From Setoptus koraiensis (Eukaryota; Animalia; Arthropoda): a stretch of DNA of 63,832 bases. Where the stretch lies: the NCBI GenBank assembly GCA_048013815.1, contig CM106586.1, forward strand, positions 15,066,169-15,130,000. The letters are read 5' to 3'. The notes beneath the pieces were generated by a model that worked only from the letters and a program-made list of their open reading frames with translations, was not told the DNA's origin and did no database searches. A program made the position numbers and the translations under genes. Shown here one piece after another: positions 1 through 12,000 of this stretch (positions are counted from its first letter, which is position 1; every line of letters begins with the position of its first letter).

Positions 1-440
1 CAGCATCCGTAGCCTGGATGTGAATGATACCAACCTATGACATTTTCTTTTCTATCGACATGCTTGGCCTGTTCAACATAAGCCGCCATATACTCGTAGG
101 CGGCGGCGTGAGCATTTACCCGTGTTTCTGTACCTTCGACAGGCAAGGCAAATGAGTCCATAACTATCATGGTATTAGTATCGACTTTACCTAATAACAT
201 TCCCATAATCTCTAGAGATCCGCCAGATTTTGCGTGTCTAAGCATCTTCAATAGAGCGTGTGCCGAAATTTTAATAAATTTGAAATAACTGGGGTCCCTT
301 TCCCATGGCTTTGCTATCCTAATCTCTGATTGTTGTTTTTCGTCATAAATATATATGTCATCAATGGCTGCGGCCTCGCTCAGTATACTGCTGCAACCCT
401 CTTTGGGGTCTATATCCATCAAGTCTTGCTTTGATGTCAT
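1..440 (-). CDS. COPS5: COP9 signalosome subunit 5 (CSN5/JAB1), 5' part, truncated by the window edge
   Basis: Manual minus-strand translation from ATG 440 (second in-frame ATG at 419): [15 protein letters not shown]...[75 protein letters not shown]...[15 protein letters not shown]. This carries the MPN+/JAMM motifs of CSN5 ([25 protein letters not shown]). No intron in this part. Confidence 0.97.
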   Translation of the reverse strand, partial: MTSKQDLMDIDPKEGCSSILSEAAAIDDIYIYDEKQQSEIRIAKPWERDPSYFKFIKISAHALLKMLRHAKSGGSLEIMGMLLGKVDTNTMIVMDSFALPVEGTETRVNAHAAAYEYMAAYVEQAKHVDRKENVIGWYHSHPGYGC

Positions 441-1098
441 GATTGTGTGTGTTGTTAATATAAGCCAGCGATAGTAAATAACTATAAATAGTAGATAACT
501 AAAAATAGTGTAAAGTAGTGAATTAAAGAATTCAGGGGATACCGCTAATGGTATGTGATGGATTAGAGTGTGATATAAGACAAGATAAGGAGGACATTAC
601 GATAATAATTGCATTTTTTATTTTCTTGCCATGTGATCGACTTGAGCACATCGGCATTCTGTGCGCCGTGCGCAGATCCGGCACACGCAGGCATAAATGT
701 AATTGTGTGGATTCAACTTTGTTGTGCGCACGCGCAAGTGTTGAATAACCATGGCTTTTCGCGTTCAAGTTTGTCGAGTTCGACAACGACGACGACGACG
801 GCGGCGGCGGCGGCGACGAGTGATCAAGAAGCGAGTGAGAGTGAGTCAAGATTTGTCCGTCGCTCGACGAGTTTGTTTATATGTGTGTTCGAAAATTTCG
901 AACTTATTCCATCACTACGCTTTCAAGCATGAACATCTCCGGATAGTTGGTTAGTCGGTTGCTCGGTTAAGTTGACTCTCTCGAACTAATTTATTCGTCG
1001 ACTATCATCATCGTTCATTCATTATTCTGTACCAGCAGTAATTATTATTACGTCGTAGTTTTGATTGGAGTTTTCTCATCAACATTAGTGGCAGAAGA

Positions 1099-1200
1099 AG
1101 CAGCAACAACAACAACAACGACAGCGGCAACAACAACGACAACAACAACGACAACAACAACGACAACAACAACATCATCATCATCATCACCAGCGGCATC
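1099..1200. repeat. (AAC/GAC/ATC)n trinucleotide tract
   Basis: Seen directly. Similar tracts occur at about 3495-3575, 16730-16815, 46340-46400 and 62170-62280. Confidence 0.9.
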
Positions 1201-2973
1201 ACAACTAACAAGACAGCAACTATCAATACACATGAATGGCAATAATAAAGATCACTAATGAATGAATTCTCACTAACTAATAATAGCTAGTAGCGAGAGA
1301 AAAGAAGTAAACTAAAAGTAAGCACTGAGCACAAGAAGAAGATAAACTTGTACAGCTCGCTAGTTGCCGTCTGGTTAAGTTTTAAAGAAGTCGCATATGG
1401 CGATAGTCGTGATAGCTGTTAGTTTCTTTTTCTCTCTCTGTAAAAACAAGATTTTACTTCTACTTTCGCTATAACGACGACAAGACAAACATAACAACTA
1501 CCGCCAGCACTCCCTAAACTACTGTAAGATATCGTCGCACTGGTGACTCAAAATCACCACCATATTACTAAAGCTGCTACATTTATTATGTTCCAACTCT
1601 CTCTCTCTCTCTTTCAGAGTTTATTGTAATATACACCATGTGTGTGTGTGCTCGAGAACATATATAACTTTATATAACTAAAACTAATGTGCCATTTTCT
1701 GCAAAGTACACTGTATAGTGGCGTACATGTTGATACAGAGATGAATGAACAGAGACAGAATATTGTTATTATTAGTTTATTATTATTACTATCATTGTGC
1801 GAGAAGCGCCGAAAAAACCCCAACAATCTTGTTCGTCGTGTTCGCTCGCACTCACACTAATTATTAGATCTGGGGTGATATCGGATGGAACCTACGAGCA
1901 TCTTCCGATGCGCGTTATAGGGTGTTGCGAGTCTCGGCAGCGGCGGCAGCAACAAATTGCCAGCAGCTCAGCTTACTCAGCGCCGCTAATAGAATGTGCG
2001 CAAAGTTTACAAAATCAATTTGTCTACTGTGTTTAAAGTTTGATCAGCGCGCACACACACACACGCACACTCTCACAGTGATAGTATCACAGTGAGAGTC
2101 TCGCTATGATATAGTGACTGTGTGGGGGTCTCACTACATGCGACTCGCATGATGCGATACAGTCTCACACGGTAGCGGCAGTGTGATAAAGTTCGCTCTT
2201 GGGCATAAGTGAGCGAAAGTGATATATTCTGATTATTGTGTGAGTAACGATCAGATCGAATTATTTGTTTGTCTGTGCTGCAATTGTGCATATTTTGTGT
2301 GTATGTTTCTGGCGCGAGTCTGTGCCAACAATCACACACTTGAGTCCGCTACACACACACAATGGCTGCTAGTGGTGCCAGCTTGGGGTGTCGATAAGTG
2401 TCTTGCAGCCCGCGCATAATGAGTTGCCTCTAATGAGCAACGCAGTGAGCGAGATCGCATCGAACTAACGTGTGTCCATCACCCATCAATCATGGCGAAT
2501 CAATTGATCTGTCCCAGTCTCCCATTTTTTTTGCCCCCCCTCCCTCGAGGCTGTGTGACTGCACATTGTGCACACTAACAACACAAACACGCACGCACAC
2601 TTGGCACACATTTTGCGCATTTTATACATTCTGCACGACGTTTAATTTATTAGCCGGCGCGTTGTTGGCACTCGCTGAATCTGAAAATTCGATCCGGCTT
2701 AAAATTGCATTCGGCAAATGCATTGAACTCGCCATTGTGAACTAACCCGATCGCTCGTTTTGTTCGATTATCTTTGTTTCCATTAACTAGCAGCAGCCAG
2801 AGCGCGAGAGAACGAGGCCGGATGATTATTATTGACTATCCCGAATTGATTTATAATTAATTTATAACTGATTTATAGCACCGAGGATCGAGTGTAAGCG
2901 GCAGCCAGAATGGAACTACCCGACGGAGCCGCCAGCCGCCGCAGCCGCCAGCGGATCGCGCAATGAAGCCACG

Positions 2974-3112
2974 AATATACCGCAAACATACCGCAAACAT
3001 ACCGCGAATATACCGCGAATATACCGCAAATACGCCAGACAAATACACCGCAAATACACCGCAAATACACCGCAAATACACCAGACAAATACACCAGACA
3101 AATACACCAGAC
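2974..3112. repeat. Imperfect 11-13-bp tandem repeat (aaatacaccgc / aaatacaccagac)
   Basis: About 12 consecutive related units seen directly. Confidence 0.9.
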
Positions 3113-3413
3113 AAACAAGCAATCAATCAACAGCAGTGAATCAACAGTGTTACAATTATGATGATTGCAATTAAAACAACGCAGTGACAAACAATGGACA
3201 ACAGGCCGCTGTTTCGGCGATCGGAAGCGGCGCTCAACGACAAGACAGCAACCACTGAATTGATTAATCGCAAACAACAACTGCAATCGCATCTCGACAC
3301 TTGCAACAGCAACAGCAGCATCACCTAACCATTCGAATTGTTATAATTGATACATCAGCAATCACAAACCAAACCCATCATTTAGTAAGTCTGACCAAGC
3401 GACAGCCAGCGAC

Positions 3414-4343
3414 ATGCCCCGGCCGGCGTGCAATCATAGTCACACTGGGCCCGTTTGCAGCAGCATCACAAGCTCGCCATTGTTCACTTCGCACAACAAC
3501 AACAACAGCAACAACGACAACAACGACAACAACAACAGCAACAACAACAACGACAACAACAACAACAGCGGCAGCAGCAAAACAATCATTTCAATTAGCA
3601 GGCCAATATCGTCAATATCAGTATATTTATTATTGGTGACAGTATTGTTATTGTTACCCTTCACATGGCTCGCGACAAACTGTGATATTTTAATTCAACA
3701 AACAAATCGGCCGACATCAACTGATACCACTTCACTACTAGCGCACAATCAAGACAACAACAGCGACGACAATAACATGAGAAGCACCGTCAGCTATCCA
3801 TTAGCTGACGCCGATAGCACAAATAATAATAATAATAATAACAACGGCGCCGGCTACTCTACAATTGATCAATTCATTGCAGATCGTCCATCGGCCTCCA
3901 CAACTGCCTATCTGAACGCTGATCCAGTTGCTGTGGCGCTGGCCAGTCACCTAGAGCGATGGTTTAATGCGGCCATTCTGGCCAGCGGAGTTGCCTCCAA
4001 CCAACGCAAAGGTGTCACAGCAACCGCAACTGCAACCGCCAGCCCCAACAATGCCCAACAACAACAGTCCAATATGGGCCATGCAACGTCGCCCATTTCC
4101 AATTATGCTAATGATAATGTCTCTGATAATTATAATAATAATAATGATAATAATAACAGTAGTAATACCACAACTAATACTAATGGTGATAATAATAATA
4201 ATATCGGAGGCGCCGCTCATCCTCAACATGAAGCAAGCGGAACATCGACGAATACTTTGTACGATAATCTACAACCAAATGTGCCCACAATGCCATCGGC
4301 CAAGAAGCAGGAACCCCAGTTTATCGAACTCGAAGATACAAAC
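3414..4343 (+). CDS. GPCR exon 1: Asn/Thr-rich N-terminus with a hydrophobic signal or anchor segment
   Basis: First ATG after an in-frame stop at 3348-3350. Hydrophobic stretch ISVYLLLVTVLLLLPFTWLATNC. Ends ...IELEDTN at a GTAAGT donor (4344), phase 0 with exon 2. Confidence 0.7.
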
Positions 4344-6003
4344 GTAAGTTTTTGACACACATTTGTCGCTAGTCTCACTGGCCTTGTTTCCGTTGCTAAC
4401 TCAAGCTACATGTTGTTGTTGTTACATGGCTAATGTTATCAACAATTCAATTTGCGAGCCCTCAACGCTCACTGCACCAACAGAATGCTGGAAACTCGGT
4501 CAATCCTCTGCTGTCACTTTGGCAAGCTTGAGTGAATCACACAGCGCGAGTGACCACATTTGTGACCGACTGTACGGTAGCGTGTATTTATACTGTGATA
4601 CGTGTATAATTATATGAAACTTGGCCAATTTGATAAGCTCCATCTGGATGACACACTGTCATCTAATCTAATGAGGCCACTTGATAATTTCTATCTATTC
4701 ATCTATTCTATCCGTTATTCTCGACACACACGCACGAACACGTCTCCATACTGGTCAAACACCTCGTTATATCCATGCAAAAATGTCAACTGCTATGTTG
4801 CACAAACGCACTCATGTTTATGATATGTTTCATCATTTATCATTCTCTGGTTGTCATCACAAAACTAATGAAACATGTGTAGATTCGACAGGTAGACCCC
4901 ATAATCATCGAGCAACTAAAGGGCGAACTAAGTAGATTGGAGATCAACCCTTACGATGACCAGAATCAACTAAAAGAGTGGACTTGGTGTATATCACAAA
5001 TAATTGACCATCATCACAAGCTGCATCGTAGAGACAAAGACACCAACAACCATAAAAATGCTGCTATGCATATTGAGACAGACCGATCAGCCAATAATGT
5101 CGATAATAATGATATGCCGTCTAATCCATCCTCGTCACAATTACCAGTATCTCTCAATAATCATCATAGGTTGCATCATCGCACCAGAAGTAGTCATGAT
5201 AATAATAATAATCATCAACATAATAGTGTCATAAATAGGCAACATAATAATCGTGTCAATGAGCAACAACCAATCCACCGTCAATCAACATCAGCAGCAA
5301 GCTTTCGCACAAACAAAAGAACAACATCAAGCCTCACCAACCACGATGATAATAGTATAAATCAATCATATTCGCCTGCTTTAACGCAACCGGCATCGGA
5401 AACACATTTATTATACTCAAATAGTGATAACAATGAAAATAATGTATATGATAATACTGATTATAGCTCCAATAACTTCATCAATGCACATAACTACGCC
5501 AATCGTTCTAGAATTGTTGGAGCAGGTAAGTAAATTGTTTATCATCACCAGCCAGCCAGGCGGCCAACCATAAAGTTGAGCGTGTGTATTATTAGATTAG
5601 ATGCGCCTAGTTTGTGGAAGAGAAGTTTGACGATAGTTTTGTCTTATTGACAGTCATCTAAGGGCGGTGGTGCCCTATGGTGGCACTGGTAATGGTTCTG
5701 TTGTTGTTGGTGTAGGTGGCGATAGCAATCTAATCAATTCATACAGCAATACATTAACCATTATGTATCTGAGGGCGACGCGAGAATCCATTTCATCAGC
5801 AGATATTTGTTTTTATTAATGAACAAGCCAGTGTTAATGTGACAATCTATATTTAGATGGCTCGCGTAGAGGAATAGAATGGAAGAGAGAACCTTTTCGA
5901 AATACTTAGACTGAGAAAATCCAGACTGCAGCAACACATTAGAAAGGGAGTAAGAGATGACCATCCCACGCACACATGTATATAGAGTCCTGTGCACTCT
6001 CTG

Positions 6004-6037
<34 letters not shown>

Positions 6038-9000
6038 TCTCTCTCCCTGGCTTGGCTCAAGTTGAGCCTCTCTCCAGTTCCAACAAAATAGAGAGACCTT
6101 AATGTGTGACAAGTGGTGGATATTGTGCGCTCAAAGTTAAGCTCTAGCATCAACTCTATGTCTATTATTTACATCGAGATAGACAGCTAAAGTTAGCGAA
6201 CCCTCAAACTCAAAGCCCTGTATGGCTTAGATGGCGGGATGATGGTAGGGCTGGTTGCGGCTGCGTTGGCCACCGAGAAGAGAGAGAGAGTATTAGTGGA
6301 TGAAGCGACATGTATACTGGTAGAGTGGGAGCCGACTGATATAATTTGCTGCACAACCTGAATGGTACAGAGAATAAACTCGAGCGAACAACAATAGTGT
6401 CACTAACGGAATGAACAATGGAGAGAAAGTGAACTAAAACAGAGGCCAGCAGCAGAAATGCAAATTAATAGCTTCGACTAGTGATATTTCCTCGGTTTTT
6501 AAGCTTTCCAGCTTGAATATTATCTATCAAGTTTAGCAAGCCAACGATATCCGAATCGGCAATAATGGCCTGGATAATGTGGGATCGATTGTATGTTCTT
6601 ATGGAGAGAATTATATTACATGATGTGTAAATGTGTGTTTGTGCATATTGATCGCATATCATCATGATAGCGCTCTTTTTTTAGAAACAATTCAGTTAGG
6701 GCGGGTGAATGGAGTCATTGAATAAGAGGCAAGTGAAGCATAATTTGAGACAGAAAAAGAGAGTGGAGTAGCATCCTAATGATGCGAACACTCCGGATGC
6801 TCTATAGGCTTTAATATGTTGGCCAATGAGATGAGATTGTTCTTTTAGTGAATAGTGTGGTGGTTGCTTGAGAGGGCGCAATGTCGCTGATGAAATCACC
6901 GGCAAATTGGCGCCCCTGATATTATATATACAACGGCGCTGTATTAGACAACAAATTAGTACCATTGGGCGACAACAATGCAACAACAACACCATCACCA
7001 CCACCAACAACTGTGGTGTTGTTCAGGCTTAATTTGATTTATAAGCACAAGGCACGTCGCCCATAGAGGGCCCATTGTTGACCATGTTAGCAGCCACTGG
7101 AGTTAGTTACAAGATAAAGATGGTATCTTTCTCTTGGCTGTGGCCGCAGTGCTACATCACTATGGCCAAGTGGCTAACTGGCCTATGACGCAACTAAAGC
7201 TAAAAGGTTGTCAAACATTAACGAATGACTGGCCACTAGGGGCTGCTTGACGACCGCATGATAGTGGTCACTTAGCTTGTATGCTCAAATGCGCTAATGT
7301 ATGTTGCTCACATTATTATAATATATCTTTTTCTATTTCACTAACAAACAATCCATTCCCCTTGGTTGTGCATCCAATCTGAGTGCTAACAGTAGTGGCA
7401 GGGCGCCACTAGTGGGTCAAGTGAGATGCAACGACTACAGCGAGCGGGATCACTTACATGCTATAGATTGTAATGAGCGATAGTGAGTGGACTATTCAGT
7501 GTTTTTTGTTTGCGCCTGGCCAGTTGACTGGCCACCAGAAAGATTCATTTCAGAGCTCTCTATGTCTCGCTGTGTGTGCCTGGCCCACCCTCTCGCACAT
7601 TCAATCCGCAAGCCATTGTTTTGAGGGTCCCCACAGACCATCTGATTGATGCTACTGCTGTGAAAGTTTCCAATGGGCGCCCAAACTTTTACAACATATA
7701 TATATATATGCCCGTTTTCCGACACTGAATTGTCGTCAGTTGGCAACCCTTAACTAACTAACAATCCAACTGACTGACGAACGGATGAGTCCGTGTTGGC
7801 AAGACTGGCAGCATTCATTTGTTTGCCTTGGTACCATCATTTTATTGTGGACATACAGCAACATTATCATATGTTGTTAGTTGTTGTTTTTCGCATTGTG
7901 TGTGTGTGTGCGTGTGTGTGTGTGTGTGTGACATCATCAGTTTGGTAGTTGCTGATATATAGTCGCGCTAGTGTTTGCACGTAGAATTAGTGGCGTTCCA
8001 GTGGTGACATGGCACCAAAACAAATCACTATATATAGCACAAATAGCATACAAAAACACATCGTTTACAAGCCAGAAGGGGCCCCCGTTTACGCAACAAC
8101 ACGCCAGCCGACAACTGCGTTTGTTGACCGACTGGCCAACTTCTAGCTTGTAGCGTCTATAAAATGAACAGTATTAATGCCGCCCTTTCCGGTTTTGCCA
8201 ATCTCTCTGTCCCTTGGCCGTGCCCCTATGATGATGATGATGTTGTCGCTAGCGCTGCTTCTGTTGTGCCCGTGTCAGCTCATTACAAGCTTGCGATTTG
8301 TCAACTGCAACAACGCCAACTTTGGCCAAACAACAATCACTAAATATACAGAGCGGAGGCTGTCGGCTGGCAAGACTCGATAAGACTGCTGTTTGTTTGG
8401 TCTCGGCAATAAGTTTATATGAAGTGATCGTTCAAGTCGACTTTTGGTCGCCAGTTTATCGGCCGGCTTGTGGCCGGCCGACTGACTCTTGCTAGCTGGC
8501 ACCTACTTGCGATGAATATTGTTAGCGTTACATTGAAAAATCCCACTCGAGAGGGTCTCGGTGGCTCTCTACCATGTCTATTCATGCATCTGTTAGGCCA
8601 TGATAATGTCGTCGCCTAGCACAGAATCGACACACAATTGCAACACGACGACAAAATCCTCTTCCTTTTTACGCAGCCCTCATAATTGAACCCGAAGCTA
8701 TTTGTGTGTGGAACACAAATAGCTACATCATCATGGTCGTCGTCATGCTCGTCCGTTTGTCCGGCACACTTCATCCACTGGCACATCGTTGGCGTGGCCA
8801 TATTAGCCAAACGTGGCGGCCAATACAGGGGCTAGTGGGGAGCCCCTTGTTGTCAATGGCGCCACTGTTGTTGTGGCTGTTGTCGTATGGCAGAGGAATG
8901 TGCGCCGAGATTGTGTGAAACTGCCGGCTTGCCGGGCCAAGTTGCGTGCCGTTGCGTTTAACTTTTGGTCTGGTCACTTGCCAGTTACAAGCTGGCCCGA

Positions 9001-12000
9001 CAGTTTGGCTAGTTTGCAGCCGCGATAGCTGGTGATCGAATAGATCGTAACGAGAGAAGAACGTGCCTTCAATCATTCGAACGCCGCCCACACGCTCCAT
9101 CTTTTTTTTTATCCGCGGGCCTCATAGGACGGAACGTGAGACGGCCATTTTGTTTGCTGCTGTGTATAGATTCATTTCGTGCGATGTGTCCAGGCATATC
9201 TAATGGGACTGTCCCGAATATGAATGGCTCGTCAAGCAGGCCAGCCGACGGAACAACGGGCCGTGTGTCGTCTGTTGGTCGTGATTGCCGTTGTCGCTGA
9301 TGTTCATGGCGTGTCATCGCTATCCACACACCACCATGACGCCAATAGTCACTGAGTGCCCACTGAAGCTTGCCTACTGGCCGGAATAGCTTACTGACCC
9401 ATTCATTGGGCTGGTTGGTCGGATTGAAAAAAGGCCAGCGGAAAAGAGGCCCCCGACGCAGAAAAATCACGAAGTGGGCCAGTGGTAACGCGCGCGCCCT
9501 CCTCTCCGTGTGTGCGCCCGAATTCACCAGTTAAACAGTTTAACAGTTAAACAGATCTAATTCCAATTATAGTGTCATCATGCTGACCAAAATTTTATCC
9601 ATAACAAATTGCCCTGTCCGAGGGGTCCGGCGCTTATTACTTTGCCATGGGGGCCTATATTTCAATTGGAACAAAGCGGTGGCAGCGGCAGCAGCAAGAG
9701 TTTGGTTTCACTTACAAGTGGCGCTCATGCACCCACAAGAGGCCCGGTGGTAAAATGGCCAAGTTGCTTGCAAAGTTATGGAAAAAGGGCAAGGCAATCT
9801 CGCTGGTGAGCAGCTAAGTGGTTGTCGTTAGGTGCCCGGCGCGCTGTTCAATCTATTGTTGGGTGCAAAATGAATTGACCCAACCTCTGGAGTCAACTTG
9901 GGATGGAAAATTTACGACGACGCATACACATCGATTGTGTGTGTGTGTGTGTGCGTGTGCTGGGGCCAGCAAATTGAGTTTTATCCGCGCGATCACATGA
10001 GATAAGATGAGATAAGATGAGCTGCTACGAGAGTGAGAGGGATAGCGAATCACAAAATATCTGTGACAGTCTCGCTATTGAGCAGCAGTCGCTTTGGCAC
10101 TCAAAATTTGCAGTGAGTGTGTTGCCGATGATGGCAAGCTCATAGCTGTCGGATGGTTAGACGGGAATAGCCAGAATGTGATAATAGCTTGTGTGGTGGC
10201 GATAGACAAAGAGTTGAGATAATAAGCAAAAAGTTTGACTTTTTATGTGTGTGTGTGCGGCGCTCGCTATTGGCATACATAGTCAATCGATATGTAAAAG
10301 GCGCACAGTCGATAGATGGGCCCCACTTCGATTGATCATGTAGCGTCAACAGCGAGCCAGCTATTATATATCATGAGCGATATTAATAGCAGTTTATTTT
10401 TCTTCAATTACTATAATGTTATTTATCTCTCTCCCTGTCTCTCCTCTGGGCCTCTTATTTGCGCGCAATGCTTGTTGCCGAAACACAACCACCGCAAACG
10501 CAACCGCAACCAATAAACGCGGCCCACGGACGCCAACAACACAACCGCTGCAGAATCAAAACTGTCATGCCCCATCACGTTTGATGGGTGGCGCTGCTGG
10601 CCGACAACACTGGCTGGCGACACCGCCTACACGGAATGTCCCAGCTTTATACCCGGCTTCCTGGCCGAACGTAAGTACCTCATTATAAAATTCATTCGTG
10701 GTGTATTCAATTCAAGGACACGCTACATCCACAGCTCGCTGGCGATCGCTTGCCTGCGCCTGCGGCTTGTGGTGGCTCGAGTAATAAATTGTACTCTTGC
10801 AACGTGCTATATACATTAGATGGTCATAATATTGCGTCATAATATTATTATGCCTTTTAAACGGGCCGGGGCGCACTGTTACGATCGAGAGAGCGCGCGA
10901 CAGTGGTGACAACAGCAACACAACTACTACGCTTGTCAAAATTATTGCTACACATACTGTATTGTGTATGAGCTGTATTGTAGCTGGCTCGCGACTGACT
11001 GCAGTGTCTGGCTCGCGACTGGCCCAAGTCTCGAGCCAGAGATTTATTGCGTCAGTCGTCATTGAATGTTGAAATGATCGCGTGCGAACGCGTTAATTAA
11101 GCGCTCGAGTCGCCACTGCGTCGCCCAATCGCTCGCGCCATCAATTATTGATGATTTTGTAATTAATAACGCCAACAATATCCAATATCCGACCAACATC
11201 CGCATACGACACGCAACACAACGTGCGATGCGCAACACAACGCGCGCGATACGCAACACAACGCTCGCGATACATTGACACGTACACCGACACGCGCAAA
11301 CCAACAGGAAAGGCGCACAAGATCTGCCTGGAGGACGGAACCTGGTTCAAGCACCCATCAACAAACAGGACATGGTCTAACTACACCACTTGTGTTGACA
11401 CGGCCGATTTAGAGTTTAGACAAAAGATCAACAATCTCTACGTGATAGGCAACTCCATATCGGTGCTGGCCCTCTCCATATCGCTGGTGATATTCTTCTC
11501 TTTCAAGTGAGTCACTTCCCCTCGCCCGCCTGTCTTATCCCTGTGCGAATATCTTGCCCCCCCCCCCTTGCCCCAATACTGTAGCTATACCAACTGTGAG
11601 CTTCCGACAATTGTACGCACCGAGGGCCAGATGTTGCCACGTGTGCCGCGTGTAGTTATGCGGCTGTTGTCAATGTGGGCAATGGCCCCTGTTTGTGCGT
11701 TCGTCATTTTTCATATTTACAACGCCGACAACATGCTGCTGTCGGCTGTCTGTTGCTACCGCTGCTGCTCATGAATTTGTGCTGCGGCGGCAGGGGCCCC
11801 GCCAAACCATCATCAGGCAGCCTGTTCGCGCCCGGCTGGCCCATTGTCTAATCCGCTCCAGTGCAGGTGTATGGCGAGCCGGCCCGCGGCAGCTCACCGA
11901 GCGCCGGGAGCATCAATGGGGCCCACTTTTGCGCCACCAGCTTGCATCGATTCACCACTGGCGCCCCAACGAGGTCTGGCAATATCGCAATTGCTGTGGC

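Noticed and set aside
532-1258. Poly-Thr, poly-Val, poly-Leu and poly-Arg ORFs near the left end
   Set aside because: These are translations of trinucleotide microsatellites in all frames.
5761-7010. Possible nested antisense gene in intron 2 (ORFs 5761-6153, 6465-6665, 6696-7010; acceptor-like sites at 6941, 6360, 5928)
   Set aside because: No matching donors or continuous frame could be built and no homology was recognised. An antisense lncRNA cannot be excluded.
9818-10000. STWDG in a plus-strand ORF upstream of exon 3, resembling the receptor CxxTWDG motif (possible alternative exon)
   Set aside because: It lacks the preceding Cys and the following xxCWP, has no suitable splice sites, and runs into a (TG)n repeat. 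The real exon is 10554-10670.
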